Shown here piece by piece: positions 36,548 through 48,927 of a DNA stretch of 64,000 nucleotides. The stretch comes from Candidatus Magasanikiibacteriota bacterium. Lineage in GTDB: Bacteria; Patescibacteriota; Patescibacteriia; Magasanikbacterales; UBA922. Below the pieces are notes generated by a model that saw only the letters and a list, made by a program, of their open reading frames with translations, was not told the DNA's origin and ran no database searches. The first letter of the stretch is position 1; each line of letters opens with the position of its first letter. The stretch covers positions 751 through 64,750 of the forward strand of contig JBPOIO010000004.1 in assembly GCA_052034405.1 (NCBI GenBank), read 5' to 3'. Made by a program: the position numbers and the translations under genes.

Positions 36548-37795
36548 TTATTCCAAATATGATGCTGGGTTTACCGGTATACCATTTTTACGTACTTCAA
36601 AGTGCAAATGCGCACCCGTCACAAAGGGACCAGCTCCAGCAGTTCCTGGAGTTCCACCAGAATATCCAATCACGTCCCCACGAGTCACAAATTGGTCTTC
36701 TGTAACAATAATCTTACTCAAGTGACCATATAAGGTAGATACATTCCCGTCATGAACTATAAGAATATAGGCATAACAACTTGCGAGTGTACATTTTTTA
36801 GCACGAGCCACATAGCCCGAAGCAGCAGCACGAATTGGCGTACCCTGAGAAGCACGAATATCAATACCACTATGCTCAAATACATTTCGAAATGGATAGC
36901 TTGGATCATGAAAAGTTGCCGTCACATAGCGACTTGGAGCTGGCCAAGCAAAAGCTCCCGCACTATCCGAAACCTTTTCTGTAATTTTTTTATTTTTTTC
37001 CAATTTTTTTCGAACCTGTCGTTCAATACTCGTTACTTCATTTTCAACCTGTTGGTATTGCTGTTTTAAACTGGATAATAATGTATTGTATTTTGCTTGT
37101 GAAATAGATGTTTGTACGAGCAATGTTTGTTTTCCATTTGTCTGTTCTATCAAATCTTGTTTTTTATTTTTTAGGTCAGTCTGCACTGCAATAAAATTTG
37201 TTTTCTGACCTTCCAAATCTTTTTTTTGTGTTTCCAGTTCTTCTTTTGCAAGACGAAGTCCTCGCATAGTACGACTCAAATCCTCTTCTACTGTTTTGGT
37301 ATAATGAAGTTGATTGTAAAAATCAGAAAAATTATCATGACTCGCGGCAATTTCGATATAGTTCTTTTCATCCTGCTGGTGAAGCGAACGAACCAGTTCA
37401 CTCACAATACTTTTTTGACGAGCAATCTGCTGTTCTTTTTGACTCATGGCGAGCTGTGTTCGAGAAATTTCTAACTGTAAAACATCAAGCTTTTCTTGTG
37501 TCGCATTAATATCTGTTGTTATTTCAGAAACTCGTGCATCCAAAATACCAATTTGATTTGATAAAGATATTGCTTCAAGATGTTTTTCCTGAATTTTTTT
37601 CTTGAAATCTGCGATAGATTTTTCAAGCTGTGCAATTCTTTGTTTTTTTTCATTAATTTGTTTTTGAAGCGAGTCTATTTCTTCTACATTTCCACCTGTT
37701 TCTTGAACAGAAAAAACGGGAATCGAATTGGAAATACAAAAAACCACAGCAAAAAGAAAAGCTGTGATAAAAAATGATATCTTTTTATTTTTCAT
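36548..37795 (-). CDS. coiled-coil M23 (LytM-family) peptidase, EnvC-like
   Basis: Signal peptide, long coiled-coil, and a C-terminal M23 core (GIDIRASQGTPIRAAASGYV ... HLHFEVRKNG). Confidence 0.8.
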   Translation of the reverse strand: MKNKKISFFITAFLFAVVFCISNSIPVFSVQETGGNVEEIDSLQKQINEKKQRIAQLEKSIADFKKKIQEKHLEAISLSNQIGILDARVSEITTDINATQEKLDVLQLEISRTQLAMSQKEQQIARQKSIVSELVRSLHQQDEKNYIEIAASHDNFSDFYNQLHYTKTVEEDLSRTMRGLRLAKEELETQKKDLEGQKTNFIAVQTDLKNKKQDLIEQTNGKQTLLVQTSISQAKYNTLLSSLKQQYQQVENEVTSIERQVRKKLEKNKKITEKVSDSAGAFAWPAPSRYVTATFHDPSYPFRNVFEHSGIDIRASQGTPIRAAASGYVARAKKCTLASCYAYILIVHDGNVSTLYGHLSKIIVTEDQFVTRGDVIGYSGGTPGTAGAGPFVTGAHLHFEVRKNGIPVNPASYLE

Positions 37796-37827
37796 AGAGC
37801 GACAAGCATTTATTCCCTATGTTTTTT

Positions 37828-39303
37828 TTATAATTGTGAAATCGCCTGTTCAATACGATGAAGCGTTTTTTCTTTTCCCAAACAATCTGCGATTTCAAAT
37901 GGTCCTGGAGAATTTTGCCGACCCGAAAGCGATACTCGCATTGGCCAAAGGACATCCCCTACTCCAAAACTTTTTTCTGTAATCCAATTTTTTATTTTTT
38001 CTGACAAAATTTCCAAAGTCCAATCACTATCATCAACACCCTTCAAAAATTCACAGAGTAAACTCAACTTTTCTTTTGATCCCTCACGCGTATCTTTTTT
38101 CCAAATCAAAATCGTTGGATCATATTCAAGTGTTTCTGCAAAAATAAATCCCACAGATTCAGAAAGTTCTGATAAAACTGTCATGCGTTCTTTTTCAAGA
38201 GCAACTACTTTCTGTAACCATGGAGTATTCTTGTGCTCTGACACAAGTCCAGCATTGATAAGAAATGGCAAAGCACGTTCCGTAAGCTCCATACTATCCA
38301 TTTTCTTTATATATTCCTTATTATACCAGTTTAGCTTCTCTCTGTTAAATACAGCAGCAGCTTTGGATACTTTTTCGATTGAAAATTCTTTTTCAAGATC
38401 AGATACTTCAAACATTTCTCTTTCATCTCCAGGATTCCAGCCCAAAAAGGAAACAAAATTCACCATGGCTTCTGGCAAATAGCCTTTTTGTTTGAAATCT
38501 TCTACAGAAACATCCCCATGACGTTTACTCAGTTTTTGTTTTTGTTCGTTTATAAGAAGTGAAAGATGCGCAAAAGTAGGTGCCTCCCAGCCAAACATTT
38601 TGTAGAGCACAATATGCTTTGGAGTCGAAGGAAGCCATTCTTCCGCACGGAGCACATGTGTAATACCCATAAAGTGATCATCTACAACCACAGCCAAATG
38701 ATAGGTTGGAAAACCATCAGACTTGATAAGCACTTGATCATCAATAAGTTTATTTTGAAAACTCACTTCTCCACGAATTAAATCCGTAAATTTTGTATCT
38801 CCATCATGTGGCATATTCATTCGCACCACATGCGACTGACCCGATTGTAATTTTTCTTCAATTTCAGATGATGCCAAATTTTTGCAATACCCATCATACA
38901 TAGTTGGCTGTTTCATCACCTCTTGATTTGTACGCAATTCATCAAGTCGTTCTTTTGTACAAAAACAATAATAGGCATGTCCATTGGCAATCAATTCTTC
39001 GGCATATTTTTTATAAATATCCAATCTTTGAGATTGAATATAAGGGCCATTTTCTCCTTTTTGAATAATATGACCATGCTCATCCATATCCACCCCTTCA
39101 TCAATCGTAACTCCAGCCCATTTGAGAGATTGAATCATATTTTCCATTCCACCCTCAACAAAACGTCCCTGATCCGTATCTTCCATACGCATCATAAACG
39201 TGCCCCCATGATGACGGGCAAAAAGATAAGAATAGAGGGCAGTTCGAAGACCTCCAACATGAAGCATTCCGGTAGGACTAGGGGCAAAACGAGTCTTTAT
39301 CAT
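37828..39303 (-). CDS. gltX: glutamate--tRNA ligase
   Basis: Class I HIGH (PSPTGMLHVGG) and KLSKRHG motifs. GluRS architecture. Confidence 0.9.
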   Translation of the reverse strand: MIKTRFAPSPTGMLHVGGLRTALYSYLFARHHGGTFMMRMEDTDQGRFVEGGMENMIQSLKWAGVTIDEGVDMDEHGHIIQKGENGPYIQSQRLDIYKKYAEELIANGHAYYCFCTKERLDELRTNQEVMKQPTMYDGYCKNLASSEIEEKLQSGQSHVVRMNMPHDGDTKFTDLIRGEVSFQNKLIDDQVLIKSDGFPTYHLAVVVDDHFMGITHVLRAEEWLPSTPKHIVLYKMFGWEAPTFAHLSLLINEQKQKLSKRHGDVSVEDFKQKGYLPEAMVNFVSFLGWNPGDEREMFEVSDLEKEFSIEKVSKAAAVFNREKLNWYNKEYIKKMDSMELTERALPFLINAGLVSEHKNTPWLQKVVALEKERMTVLSELSESVGFIFAETLEYDPTILIWKKDTREGSKEKLSLLCEFLKGVDDSDWTLEILSEKIKNWITEKSFGVGDVLWPMRVSLSGRQNSPGPFEIADCLGKEKTLHRIEQAISQL

Positions 39304-39423
39304 ATATCTATCAGACTAAGGCTAAGAGAGATTCTAGCATAGCAAAAAAAAGGGCACTTGACAACTCTTTTAATAAGCATTAGGGTCTAAGTAGAATCCT
39401 CACACCATACAGGGAGAAAGACG

Positions 39424-39768
39424 ATGTATCATCGAGATAACACCCTCTTTCAAACCCTCGTTAATGGCGATGGGTTTGTTGGTGGGCTCATTACAGGGCC
39501 AAAAGGGCGCCGAGGAAGAATCCTGGGCATCGAGATCAACCCCCACAGAATCGTGGTGCGCTGGGTTTCAGAAGATGGAAAAACAGTACTTCCAATCGTT
39601 TTCCAACTTCGGGACCTGATTCGATATCATGGTTCCACAGAAGACGGTGACGAAGAAGAATACTTCGTCATCAGCCTCAGCCCCGAAATCCAACACCGAT
39701 GGGTGATTTATCGCCCCAGCCCAGGCGACGAAAAACCCAACTCTGACTCCCCCGAAGTGGGTGAGTAA
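39424..39768 (+). CDS. small GC-richer ORF of unknown function in an intergenic cassette
   Basis: 114-aa ORF preceded by a TTGACA-like -35, an AGGGAG RBS 7 nt before the ATG, and followed by a GC-rich hairpin. No motif recognised. Confidence 0.35.
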   Translation: MYHRDNTLFQTLVNGDGFVGGLITGPKGRRGRILGIEINPHRIVVRWVSEDGKTVLPIVFQLRDLIRYHGSTEDGDEEEYFVISLSPEIQHRWVIYRPSPGDEKPNSDSPEVGE

Positions 39769-39814
39769 AGCCGATCGAGCAGCGCTCTCGGCACCCCGCC
39801 CGACAGACGTCGCG

Positions 39815-39860
39815 GCGACACCCCGGCCGACTTTTGTCGCGACCGGGGTTGAATTTTTTT
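39815..39860 (+). terminator. GC-rich imperfect hairpin plus T-run (ccccggccgac...gtcgcgaccgggg tttttttt)
   Basis: Stem-loop followed by T8. It abuts the stop of the minus-strand TrmH-family gene, so it may act bidirectionally. Confidence 0.35.
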
Positions 39861-40612
39861 TACAAAGAAACTTTGCTGAGCACTATCCCCGCAGCAATCG
39901 CAACATTGAGTGATTCTGCCTCACCAATTCTAGGGATAGTACAACTTTGATTCAAGACCGTTTGCACTTGAATACTGATTCCATGAGATTCAGATCCAAA
40001 GACACAAACTGTTTTTTTATCAAATTTTACATCTTTGATCGAGTCCCCCGTCATCTGCATTCCAACAACCGTATATCCTTTTGCTTGAAGCATTTTCAAA
40101 TCTGGCACCAAATTTTTACTTTCAAAAATCTTTGAACGAAAAATTGATCCCATGGTTGAACGCACTACTTTTTCATTGTAGGTATCCACACAATCTTCTG
40201 AAAGTAAAATATTTTTTATCCCAAACCAATCGGCGCTGCGAATAATAGTTCCAAGATTCCCTGGATCTTTTACTCCATCAAGACAAATGATTGGGGAATC
40301 AAGATCAAAGTCATCCATCGAGACTTCTGGCATTTTCACAATCGCCATAATCCCTGGAAAAGTCTCTGTTGTTTTTATTTCTTTGACCTCTGCCCTCGTC
40401 GCATACATCACTGTTGGTCCAGCATCAACAAACAATGGCAACTCCACTGGCACAGTTTTTTCTTCTTCCAAAATAATGGTGGTGATGAAAAGTCCCGAAG
40501 CCAATGCCTCTTCTACACCTTTCACTCCTTCTATCAAAAATTCACCAAATTCTTCACGATATTTTTTTTGTGTGAGTTTCTTAATGTGTTTTCGAATATT
40601 TTCTGTCAGCAT
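39860..40612 (-). CDS. TrmH/SpoU-family RNA 2'-O-methyltransferase (RlmB-like)
   Basis: SpoU substrate-binding N-domain and SPOUT motifs (DGVKDPGNLGTIIRSA, VFGSESHGIS, ESLNVAIAAGI). Confidence 0.8.
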   Translation of the reverse strand: MLTENIRKHIKKLTQKKYREEFGEFLIEGVKGVEEALASGLFITTIILEEEKTVPVELPLFVDAGPTVMYATRAEVKEIKTTETFPGIMAIVKMPEVSMDDFDLDSPIICLDGVKDPGNLGTIIRSADWFGIKNILLSEDCVDTYNEKVVRSTMGSIFRSKIFESKNLVPDLKMLQAKGYTVVGMQMTGDSIKDVKFDKKTVCVFGSESHGISIQVQTVLNQSCTIPRIGEAESLNVAIAAGIVLSKVSL

Positions 40613-40617
40613 ATTTA

Positions 40618-41196
40618 TTAGGATTTATATTCATTAAATCTTTTTTCAAGATATCTTACGTTCTCCCAAGCTTGAGATTTTATACCCCGAGATTGTTGTG
40701 ACTTAAATAAGCGGTTCAAATTAGGCATAATCTCCTCTAAACTAATAGAAAACCAATCATATAGTAACTCTATATCTACATAGTCTCTTTTCAATAGCAT
40801 TCCTATCTCCTCCAAAACCCTAAGAATGTGATGAATTTTTTTATTTATTTGATCTATAGATAATTTATTTGGATTATCTAATAATGTTGTTGGTAATTCA
40901 TATGCAATAAAATATAAGTTTTCTGAAGTTTTTTCACTAGAGAGTTTTTTAATATAGTATAAAGTTCTATCAATTTTATCTTTTCTATCTGTAAACCAAA
41001 AACTTTTTTTTGCCCAATAGGCTGTTAAAACAATTGCTATTGTAGAAATACACGTAAAGGAAGCAATTAAAATATCGGATTGACTCCCCCATGTATTTGA
41101 TAAAATATTTAAAATAAATAAAACAAAAAGAAAAAAAATCATTACACTAAGTCCAGCAATAAAACTTATAAAAAGTATTTTATTTCTTTCTATCAT
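40618..41196 (-). CDS. hypothetical membrane protein
   Basis: The internal ATG at 41196 avoids overlap with the upstream transferase gene. Two TM helices. Confidence 0.4.
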   Translation of the reverse strand: MIERNKILFISFIAGLSVMIFFLFVLFILNILSNTWGSQSDILIASFTCISTIAIVLTAYWAKKSFWFTDRKDKIDRTLYYIKKLSSEKTSENLYFIAYELPTTLLDNPNKLSIDQINKKIHHILRVLEEIGMLLKRDYVDIELLYDWFSISLEEIMPNLNRLFKSQQSRGIKSQAWENVRYLEKRFNEYKS

Positions 41197-41917
41197 ACCG
41201 TAAAAAATAAAATAAAAATACAACAGTCGCCTTCCAAATACGTTTGATACGTCGAGGTTCACGAACGAGGCGATAAAGCCACTCCAATCCAAGACGTCGA
41301 AAAATTGCGGGAGCACGTTTTACTTTCCCTGAGATAAAATCAAAAGATCCTCCAATTCCCATCGCGATTCTGACACTTGGAAGTTCTGGCAAAAATCCAT
41401 AAATCCATTTTTCTTGTTTTTTGTGGCCAAAAGCAACAAACAAAATATCTGGAGCCGCAAAAATAATATCATCAATCACAGCATCGTTTGCAGAGCTATC
41501 AAACGTAAAGTCATGTGCAATTTGGATTCCAGGATGCATGCCAACTATCTTCAAATTCGGAAATTTTGCAAGTAATTTATTTTTACATCCTTTCAAAACT
41601 TCACTTGAGCCACTCCCGAGCAAATACACAGACTTGTTTTCGCCTGCAGCAAATTCACAAATATCTATCATAAAATCCACGCCAGGTATTCGTTCAATCG
41701 ACTCTTTTGCTACCAAGGCAAGCCCACGTCCATCACACAAATTCAAATCCCCTGCATTCAAGACCTCTTTGAAATAGAGATCTTTTTGGGCATCTACCAG
41801 CATCTCGGGATTTGGGGTAAAAATCATGTGACCCTCGTGAGATGCCAAAAAATCAGCTACATTAGAAAGGGCCAATGATTTATCTACTTTATCCACTCGA
41901 ACGCCTAAAATGTACAT
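41180..41917 (-). CDS. WecB/TagA/CpsF-family glycosyltransferase
   Basis: The sequence MYILGVRVDKVDKSLALSNVADFLASHEGHMIFTPNPEMLV and the C-terminal WLYRLVREPRRIKR are characteristic of the family. Confidence 0.8.
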   Translation of the reverse strand: MYILGVRVDKVDKSLALSNVADFLASHEGHMIFTPNPEMLVDAQKDLYFKEVLNAGDLNLCDGRGLALVAKESIERIPGVDFMIDICEFAAGENKSVYLLGSGSSEVLKGCKNKLLAKFPNLKIVGMHPGIQIAHDFTFDSSANDAVIDDIIFAAPDILFVAFGHKKQEKWIYGFLPELPSVRIAMGIGGSFDFISGKVKRAPAIFRRLGLEWLYRLVREPRRIKRIWKATVVFLFYFLRYDRKK

Positions 41918-42045
41918 AAATAAGCCTTATTTGTGCTATAATAATGAGGTAAGCATACAGGATTTGACAGTTTTTTTCAATTGCGGTATTATCACTCTAT
42001 ACTATCGAGTGATAATATAACTCTTCAATCTTCACCAAAGCCTTT

Positions 42046-44691
42046 ATGAACCCACAAAATTTTACCAACAAATCCCAAGAAGCCCTCCAACGAGCTGCCA
42101 CTATCTCCCACGAAAATGGCCAGCCGCATATGGAACCGCCTCATCTTTTTCTTGCCCTTCTCGAACAAAACGAAGGTGTTGTTGTATCTGTTATAAAAAA
42201 ACTCAATATTGAAGTAAACAGCCTCAAAATAGAAATTCAAAATCTTATCAACATGCTTCCAAAACAATTTGGTGCCATGTCCCCTGGTGGCTTTGGACAG
42301 ATACTCATGGGCCAGGCTATGATGTATATTTTGCAAGGGGCCCAAGAAGAAAGCAAAAAAATGGGAGACGAATATATTAGCGTTGAACATCTTTTGCTTG
42401 CTTTTTTGAAAAATAAAAACCCAATCAGTGAATACCTTTCCAAATATAAAGCAGACTATGACGCTGTGCTGCGTACACTCGTACAAGTTCGTGGAAATCA
42501 AAAAGTAGATTCTGTAGAACCAGAAAGCAAATACCAAGCCCTTGAAAAATACGGCAAAAATTTTACCGAACTTGCACGCAAAGAAAAACTTGATCCTGTA
42601 ATTGGTCGAGATGATGAAATCCGCCGTGTTATGCAAGTACTCTCTCGTCGTACCAAAAACAATCCTGTTCTTATTGGTGAACCGGGTGTTGGTAAAACTG
42701 CCATTGTCGAAGGCCTGGCGCAGCGTATTGTGAATGGAGATATTCCAGAAAGTATCAAAGACAAAGAAGTCATTGGACTTGATGTTGGAGCACTCGTTGC
42801 CGGAACCAAATTTCGTGGTGAATTTGAAGAACGCTTCAAAGCCGTCCTCAAAGAAGTCACCGAATCAAATGGAAAAATTATTTTGTTTATAGATGAGCTT
42901 CATACCATTGTCGGAGCTGGTAGTAGTGAAGGTGCTATCGATGCCAGCAACATGCTCAAACCTGCTCTTGCACGAGGAGAACTTCATACCATTGGAGCTA
43001 CGACCATCAAAGAATACCAAAAACACATTGAACGCGATGCGGCTTTTGAACGTCGTTTTCAACCAGTCACAGTAAATGAACCAAGCAAAGACGATACCAT
43101 CGCAATCCTGCGCGGTATCAAAGAAAAATACGAAGTGCACCATGGTGTCCGTATTACTGACCCTGCTATTGTTGCTTCTGTTGAGCTTTCGAGTCGCTAT
43201 ATCACGGATCGTTTTTTACCAGACAAAGCCATTGACCTCATTGACGAAGCCACATCGGCCTTGCGCATGGAAATTGACTCTATGCCAATGGAACTCGACA
43301 AAATGAAACGTCGAAGTATTCAACTTGAAATCGAACTTCAGGCCCTCAAAAAAGAAACTGACGACGAGTCAAAAGAAAGAAGTAAAAAACTCAAAAAAGA
43401 ACTTGAAAATTTAAAAGAACAAAGCAACGAACTTGAAATTCATTGGAAAACAGAAAAAGAAATTATTACCAATATTCGTGCTTGCAAAAAAGAAATTGAA
43501 CAATTGAAACAAGTAGCAGACATTGCAGAACGACGAGGTGACCTCCAAAAAGTTGCCGAAATTCGCTATGCAAAAATTCCAAGTAAAGAAGATGAAATAA
43601 AACAAAATCAACAAAAACTTCTTGAGATTCAACAAGGCCATGCTATCCTCAAAGAAGAAGTTACCGAACAAGATATTGCAGAGGTAGTCTCACGTTGGAC
43701 CGGAGTACCTGTTACCAAAATGCTTGAAGATGATCTCAAAAAATTGGAACGTATGGAACAGGAACTTGGTTCTCGTGTTATTGGCCAAGAAGAAGCTATC
43801 AGCGCCATTTCCAATGCTATTCGCCGCTCACGCGCAGGTATGAGTGAAGAAAAAAAACCAATTGGATCATTTATTTTTATGGGACCAACAGGGGTAGGAA
43901 AAACAGAACTTGCCAAGGCACTTGCAGAATTTTTGTTCAACGATGAAGATGCTATTGTCCGAGTTGATATGAGTGAATTTATGGAAAAACATTCTGTCAG
44001 CAAACTTATTGGTTCCCCTCCTGGATATGTTGGCTACGATGAAGGTGGACAACTCACAGAAAAAATTCGTCGTCGCCCATACTCGGTGATTCTCTTTGAT
44101 GAAATTGAAAAAGCAAATGGAGATGTGTTCAATATTATGCTTCAAATTTTGGAAGATGGACACCTTAGCGATGCAAAGGGACGCAAAGTAAATTTCAAAA
44201 ATACAGTCATTATCATGACGAGTAACGTTGGATCCGAAATGATCATGAGCATGAGCAAACGCGGTGAATTTGGTTTTGCTGCAGGCCACCAAGGAAACGC
44301 AGGAAGCAATGAAAAAGAAATCAAAGAAAAAGTCATGGAAGCACTCAAAGAACATTTTAAACCAGAATTTTTGAATCGTATCGACGATATCATCATGTTC
44401 CATCCCCTCAGCGAAAAACAAATTCGTTCTATTGTGGATTTACAACTTGCACATGTCATGGAACGTCTTGAAAATAAACGTATCAAACTCGATGTGAGTG
44501 CCAAAGCCAAAGATTGGCTCGGCAAACGCGGCTATGATCCAAATCTTGGAGCACGTCCTCTCAAACGTGTCATTCAAAGTGAAGTTCTTGATAAACTCGC
44601 ACTCATGATCATTCAAGGTCTTATTCAAGATGGAGATAAAATAAAAATTGATATCAATGGTGAAGCACTTAGCATTGAAAAAAAATCTTAA
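42046..44691 (+). CDS. clpB: chaperone ClpB
   Basis: Clp N-domain, AAA1 (GEPGVGKT), a long middle coiled-coil, and AAA2 (GPTGVGKT, sensor 2 GARPLKR). Confidence 0.92.
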   Translation: MNPQNFTNKSQEALQRAATISHENGQPHMEPPHLFLALLEQNEGVVVSVIKKLNIEVNSLKIEIQNLINMLPKQFGAMSPGGFGQILMGQAMMYILQGAQEESKKMGDEYISVEHLLLAFLKNKNPISEYLSKYKADYDAVLRTLVQVRGNQKVDSVEPESKYQALEKYGKNFTELARKEKLDPVIGRDDEIRRVMQVLSRRTKNNPVLIGEPGVGKTAIVEGLAQRIVNGDIPESIKDKEVIGLDVGALVAGTKFRGEFEERFKAVLKEVTESNGKIILFIDELHTIVGAGSSEGAIDASNMLKPALARGELHTIGATTIKEYQKHIERDAAFERRFQPVTVNEPSKDDTIAILRGIKEKYEVHHGVRITDPAIVASVELSSRYITDRFLPDKAIDLIDEATSALRMEIDSMPMELDKMKRRSIQLEIELQALKKETDDESKERSKKLKKELENLKEQSNELEIHWKTEKEIITNIRACKKEIEQLKQVADIAERRGDLQKVAEIRYAKIPSKEDEIKQNQQKLLEIQQGHAILKEEVTEQDIAEVVSRWTGVPVTKMLEDDLKKLERMEQELGSRVIGQEEAISAISNAIRRSRAGMSEEKKPIGSFIFMGPTGVGKTELAKALAEFLFNDEDAIVRVDMSEFMEKHSVSKLIGSPPGYVGYDEGGQLTEKIRRRPYSVILFDEIEKANGDVFNIMLQILEDGHLSDAKGRKVNFKNTVIIMTSNVGSEMIMSMSKRGEFGFAAGHQGNAGSNEKEIKEKVMEALKEHFKPEFLNRIDDIIMFHPLSEKQIRSIVDLQLAHVMERLENKRIKLDVSAKAKDWLGKRGYDPNLGARPLKRVIQSEVLDKLALMIIQGLIQDGDKIKIDINGEALSIEKKS

Positions 44692-44693
44692 AT

Positions 44694-45419
44694 TTATTCG
44701 AATACCCAATCAGGATATTCCTTTTCAAGAGCATACATACTATAGAGATACACAATTTTGTGTATCTCTTTTGATAATTCTGGAGTAACAAAAGCCATAC
44801 TTTCTCGCCAGCTTCTATTCAAAACATATCGCAAGGCCAAAAGTGTTGCCAGATTCAAAGGCACAGTAATTTGTTCACGATTTTGAAGTTTGTCATTGTG
44901 ACAGATAAGTCCCCCACTCGAAAATGAAAAAAACATTTTTTCTTCTTTCAATTCTCGTCCACAAAAAGTGCATTCAGATAAATTTGGTTCAAATCCAAAA
45001 AAAGAAAGCATCTTCAAAATAACCGCATCCAAAAGTACTGTTTTTGTTTCGGGAACAGTATTTAAAAACACAAGCCAAGATAACAGCATATCATATACTT
45101 GGCTATTTTGTTCAAAAGGTTTTAAAATCCCATCAAGCCACTTTACAAAAAATCCCGCCTGCCAAGATTTTTGCAAATTTTTTCGAATAGCCGAAAAATA
45201 CTCCAGTGACTGAGTTGTAGTAATATACTCAATATCTTTTCCCGGAACCAAAGCAAGTTCAATACAAGAAAATGGTTCCAAAAAAGGACTATTTTTACTC
45301 AGAAACTTTTTTGTACTACGAGCTGTCAATTCAATTTTTCCTTTTTCTTTCGTATAGAGTGAAATTATTTCATCACACTCTTTGAAACTCTGCCGTCTCA
45401 GCACTATCGCTTCTAACAT
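44694..45419 (-). CDS. recO: DNA repair protein RecO
   Basis: ATG at 45419 (MLEAIVLRRQ...). OB-fold N-terminus and a Cys cluster (CTFCGRE...CHN). Confidence 0.8.
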   Translation of the reverse strand: MLEAIVLRRQSFKECDEIISLYTKEKGKIELTARSTKKFLSKNSPFLEPFSCIELALVPGKDIEYITTTQSLEYFSAIRKNLQKSWQAGFFVKWLDGILKPFEQNSQVYDMLLSWLVFLNTVPETKTVLLDAVILKMLSFFGFEPNLSECTFCGRELKEEKMFFSFSSGGLICHNDKLQNREQITVPLNLATLLALRYVLNRSWRESMAFVTPELSKEIHKIVYLYSMYALEKEYPDWVFE

Positions 45420-45426
45420 AATTTTT

Positions 45427-46701
<1,275 letters not shown>

Positions 46702-46742
46702 TTACCTGTCTATTGTATCAGAATTGAGAGTTTTTATGCAAA

Positions 46743-47612
46743 CTATTGAATTTGGTAAGTTACACTCACATTCAAGAGTACATCCGTACTTCCAGGTTCA
46801 ATACTTGGCGCTGGAGCAGCGGCCCCAACACTGTCAGCCATCACATTTGCTTTATAGAGTGGATAGTCATTTTGACCACCTTCGTATTCATTATAATTTA
46901 CAATACCTACAATATGCACACCAAGAGAACTTGATAATGCAGCAGCTTTTGCCTGAACTTTTTGAATAGCGATTTCACGAGCCTGCGCTTTGTATACTTC
47001 TCTATCATCAATAGTAAAGGTAATACCACTTACATTGTTGATTCCAAGTTCACCCGCAAGGGCCAAAACTTTTTGAGAATTTTGCAAATTACGAATTTTT
47101 ACAGTTACATTTTGTGAAACTTGATAACCTTTGAGGGTTTGAACACCTTTGTCACTGTATTCATACTGTGGATAGACATTGTAATTGGCAGTTTGAATGT
47201 CTTTTGCTTCAATAGCAAGTCCTTTCAAACGATCAATGAGCTTGTTCATGGTTTCTGTGTTTTTTTGCTGTGCTTCGGCAACGGTAGCAGCATCCGAAAT
47301 CATACCCATAGTTGTCATAGCGATATCAGGAACAACAGTCACTTTCCCCTGACTTTCAACACTAATAGTATGTTCTGGAGCATCGGCTTTTCCAATAAAA
47401 TAAAAACTTCGCAAATTATTTCGAATCAAAGTACCTACAAGTACTGTGGAATAAACCAAAAAGATTCCAAGCAAAGTCGCTAAAAGTTTGCGACCAAAGT
47501 CCATGTTTTTGAGGTGGCGCATATAGGCACGACTGCAGTCTTTATTGAAACAACAGTCATGGGCTTCGTACATACCTTCTTTGGTATGCGCGACAGAAGA
47601 TTTGACAGGCAT
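46743..47612 (-). CDS. SIMPL/DUF541-domain periplasmic protein with N-terminal membrane anchor
   Basis: The domain organisation and motifs are of the 26-kDa periplasmic immunogenic protein type. The true start may be internal. Confidence 0.55.
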   Translation of the reverse strand: MPVKSSVAHTKEGMYEAHDCCFNKDCSRAYMRHLKNMDFGRKLLATLLGIFLVYSTVLVGTLIRNNLRSFYFIGKADAPEHTISVESQGKVTVVPDIAMTTMGMISDAATVAEAQQKNTETMNKLIDRLKGLAIEAKDIQTANYNVYPQYEYSDKGVQTLKGYQVSQNVTVKIRNLQNSQKVLALAGELGINNVSGITFTIDDREVYKAQAREIAIQKVQAKAAALSSSLGVHIVGIVNYNEYEGGQNDYPLYKANVMADSVGAAAPAPSIEPGSTDVLLNVSVTYQIQ

Positions 47613-47651
47613 AAAATATATATTAAAAGTACTTCTAGTATAACACGATTC

Positions 47652-48029
47652 TTACTCTATGGGAATAATATACTGTTTACAAATACAATCTGAATCCAAA
47701 TTTCCATAAACACTCACCTGTTCAAATTGCATTGGAACCCCAGTCAAAGAAATATTTTTTGAAAGACAATATTCTTTTGCTCCACGAAAAAGAAAAGCAA
47801 GCTTTTCATGACCCGTAGCACGTTCGGCACTTCCATCATCAAAAGCACGTGTTTTCACTTCTACAAAACAAAGGGTTTTTTCACCTTTTATCTCACGCCA
47901 AGCAATAATATCAAGCTCTGATTTTTTGAGTTTATAGTTTCGTTCCAAAATTTCATATCCCTTTTGAACAAGAAATTCCACCGCTTTTTCCTCTCCCCAA
48001 GCACCAATTTCTTGTTTTACTGTCTTCAT
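47652..48029 (-). CDS. YraN-family (UPF0102) endonuclease-like protein
   Basis: GEEKAVEFLVQKGYEILERNYK...ELDIIA...FVEVKTR. Confidence 0.7.
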   Translation of the reverse strand: MKTVKQEIGAWGEEKAVEFLVQKGYEILERNYKLKKSELDIIAWREIKGEKTLCFVEVKTRAFDDGSAERATGHEKLAFLFRGAKEYCLSKNISLTGVPMQFEQVSVYGNLDSDCICKQYIIPIE

Positions 48030-48577
48030 AATCTTTCTTCATGTCGAAACAACACAATACCATGATGATACTTTCCAACAGGAAATTCTTCTTGTACGAG
48101 GAATCCTTCATGCTTCGCCCATGTTTTTATTTGAGAAAAATCTACAAATTTATCATCTTTTGGCCCCATCGCAGAATTTACTTTTGTTGCCCAGTCCACA
48201 ATCAATAAACGTGATTTTGGAGAAAGCAAACGCTTTGCCTCGAATAAAACAAGATCTGGACTATCACAAAAAGAAAGCGTATTTACAAGAAATACCACAT
48301 CAAGTGATTTTTCTGGAATCGCAGTTTTTCCTTTTTCAAGATCAGACCAAATTGGATGTATATTTACAAAAGATTCGAGTTCTGCACGTTTTTTGATATT
48401 TTCCAAAATAGACTTCAAAATATCTACGGCATACACAATCCCTTTTTCGCCAATCAAAAGAGCTGCAGGAAACACAATATGGCCACTACGATCACTTCCA
48501 AAATCAGCAATATGCATGCCTTTTTGCAACTGTACCTTTTGAAAAAGAAGTCCAGGATCAATCATGAGATTATTCAT
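48026..48577 (-). CDS. class I SAM-dependent methyltransferase
   Basis: Motif I HIADFGSDRSGH and an acidic loop VYAVDI. Its stop overlaps the YraN start. Confidence 0.7.
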   Translation of the reverse strand: MNNLMIDPGLLFQKVQLQKGMHIADFGSDRSGHIVFPAALLIGEKGIVYAVDILKSILENIKKRAELESFVNIHPIWSDLEKGKTAIPEKSLDVVFLVNTLSFCDSPDLVLFEAKRLLSPKSRLLIVDWATKVNSAMGPKDDKFVDFSQIKTWAKHEGFLVQEEFPVGKYHHGIVLFRHEERL

Positions 48578-48578
48578 A

Positions 48579-48827
48579 CTATTGTTTTAATGCTCCAAAC
48601 ATACCTCCAAAAATACTGAGAATTATACTTCCAAGAGTCCCTGTCATTGCCATAATAGCCCCGAAAAACAAAATAATACCCAAAAGCTTATACATCGTGC
48701 GACTACCATCTCCTCCGAGGTGTTCCTCTGCCCAACTACTTTTTCCAAAACTTTGTAAAAACCAATCGGCTTTAATAGTCATAAATACACCAAGAACCAT
48801 CACTAAAAGCCCAAAAACATATGTCAT
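48579..48827 (-). CDS. small membrane protein
   Basis: ATG at 48827. Two TM helices. It is transcriptionally coupled to the methyltransferase. Confidence 0.4.
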   Translation of the reverse strand: MTYVFGLLVMVLGVFMTIKADWFLQSFGKSSWAEEHLGGDGSRTMYKLLGIILFFGAIMAMTGTLGSIILSIFGGMFGALKQ

Positions 48828-48927
48828 AAAAATGCAAGTCAAAATTTTCTCTAGTATACACTTTTTTAGGAAAAAAAGAAAACCAGTAGCCTGCTGCCAC
48901 TGGTTTTTTCTTTGAAAGAATACAGAC

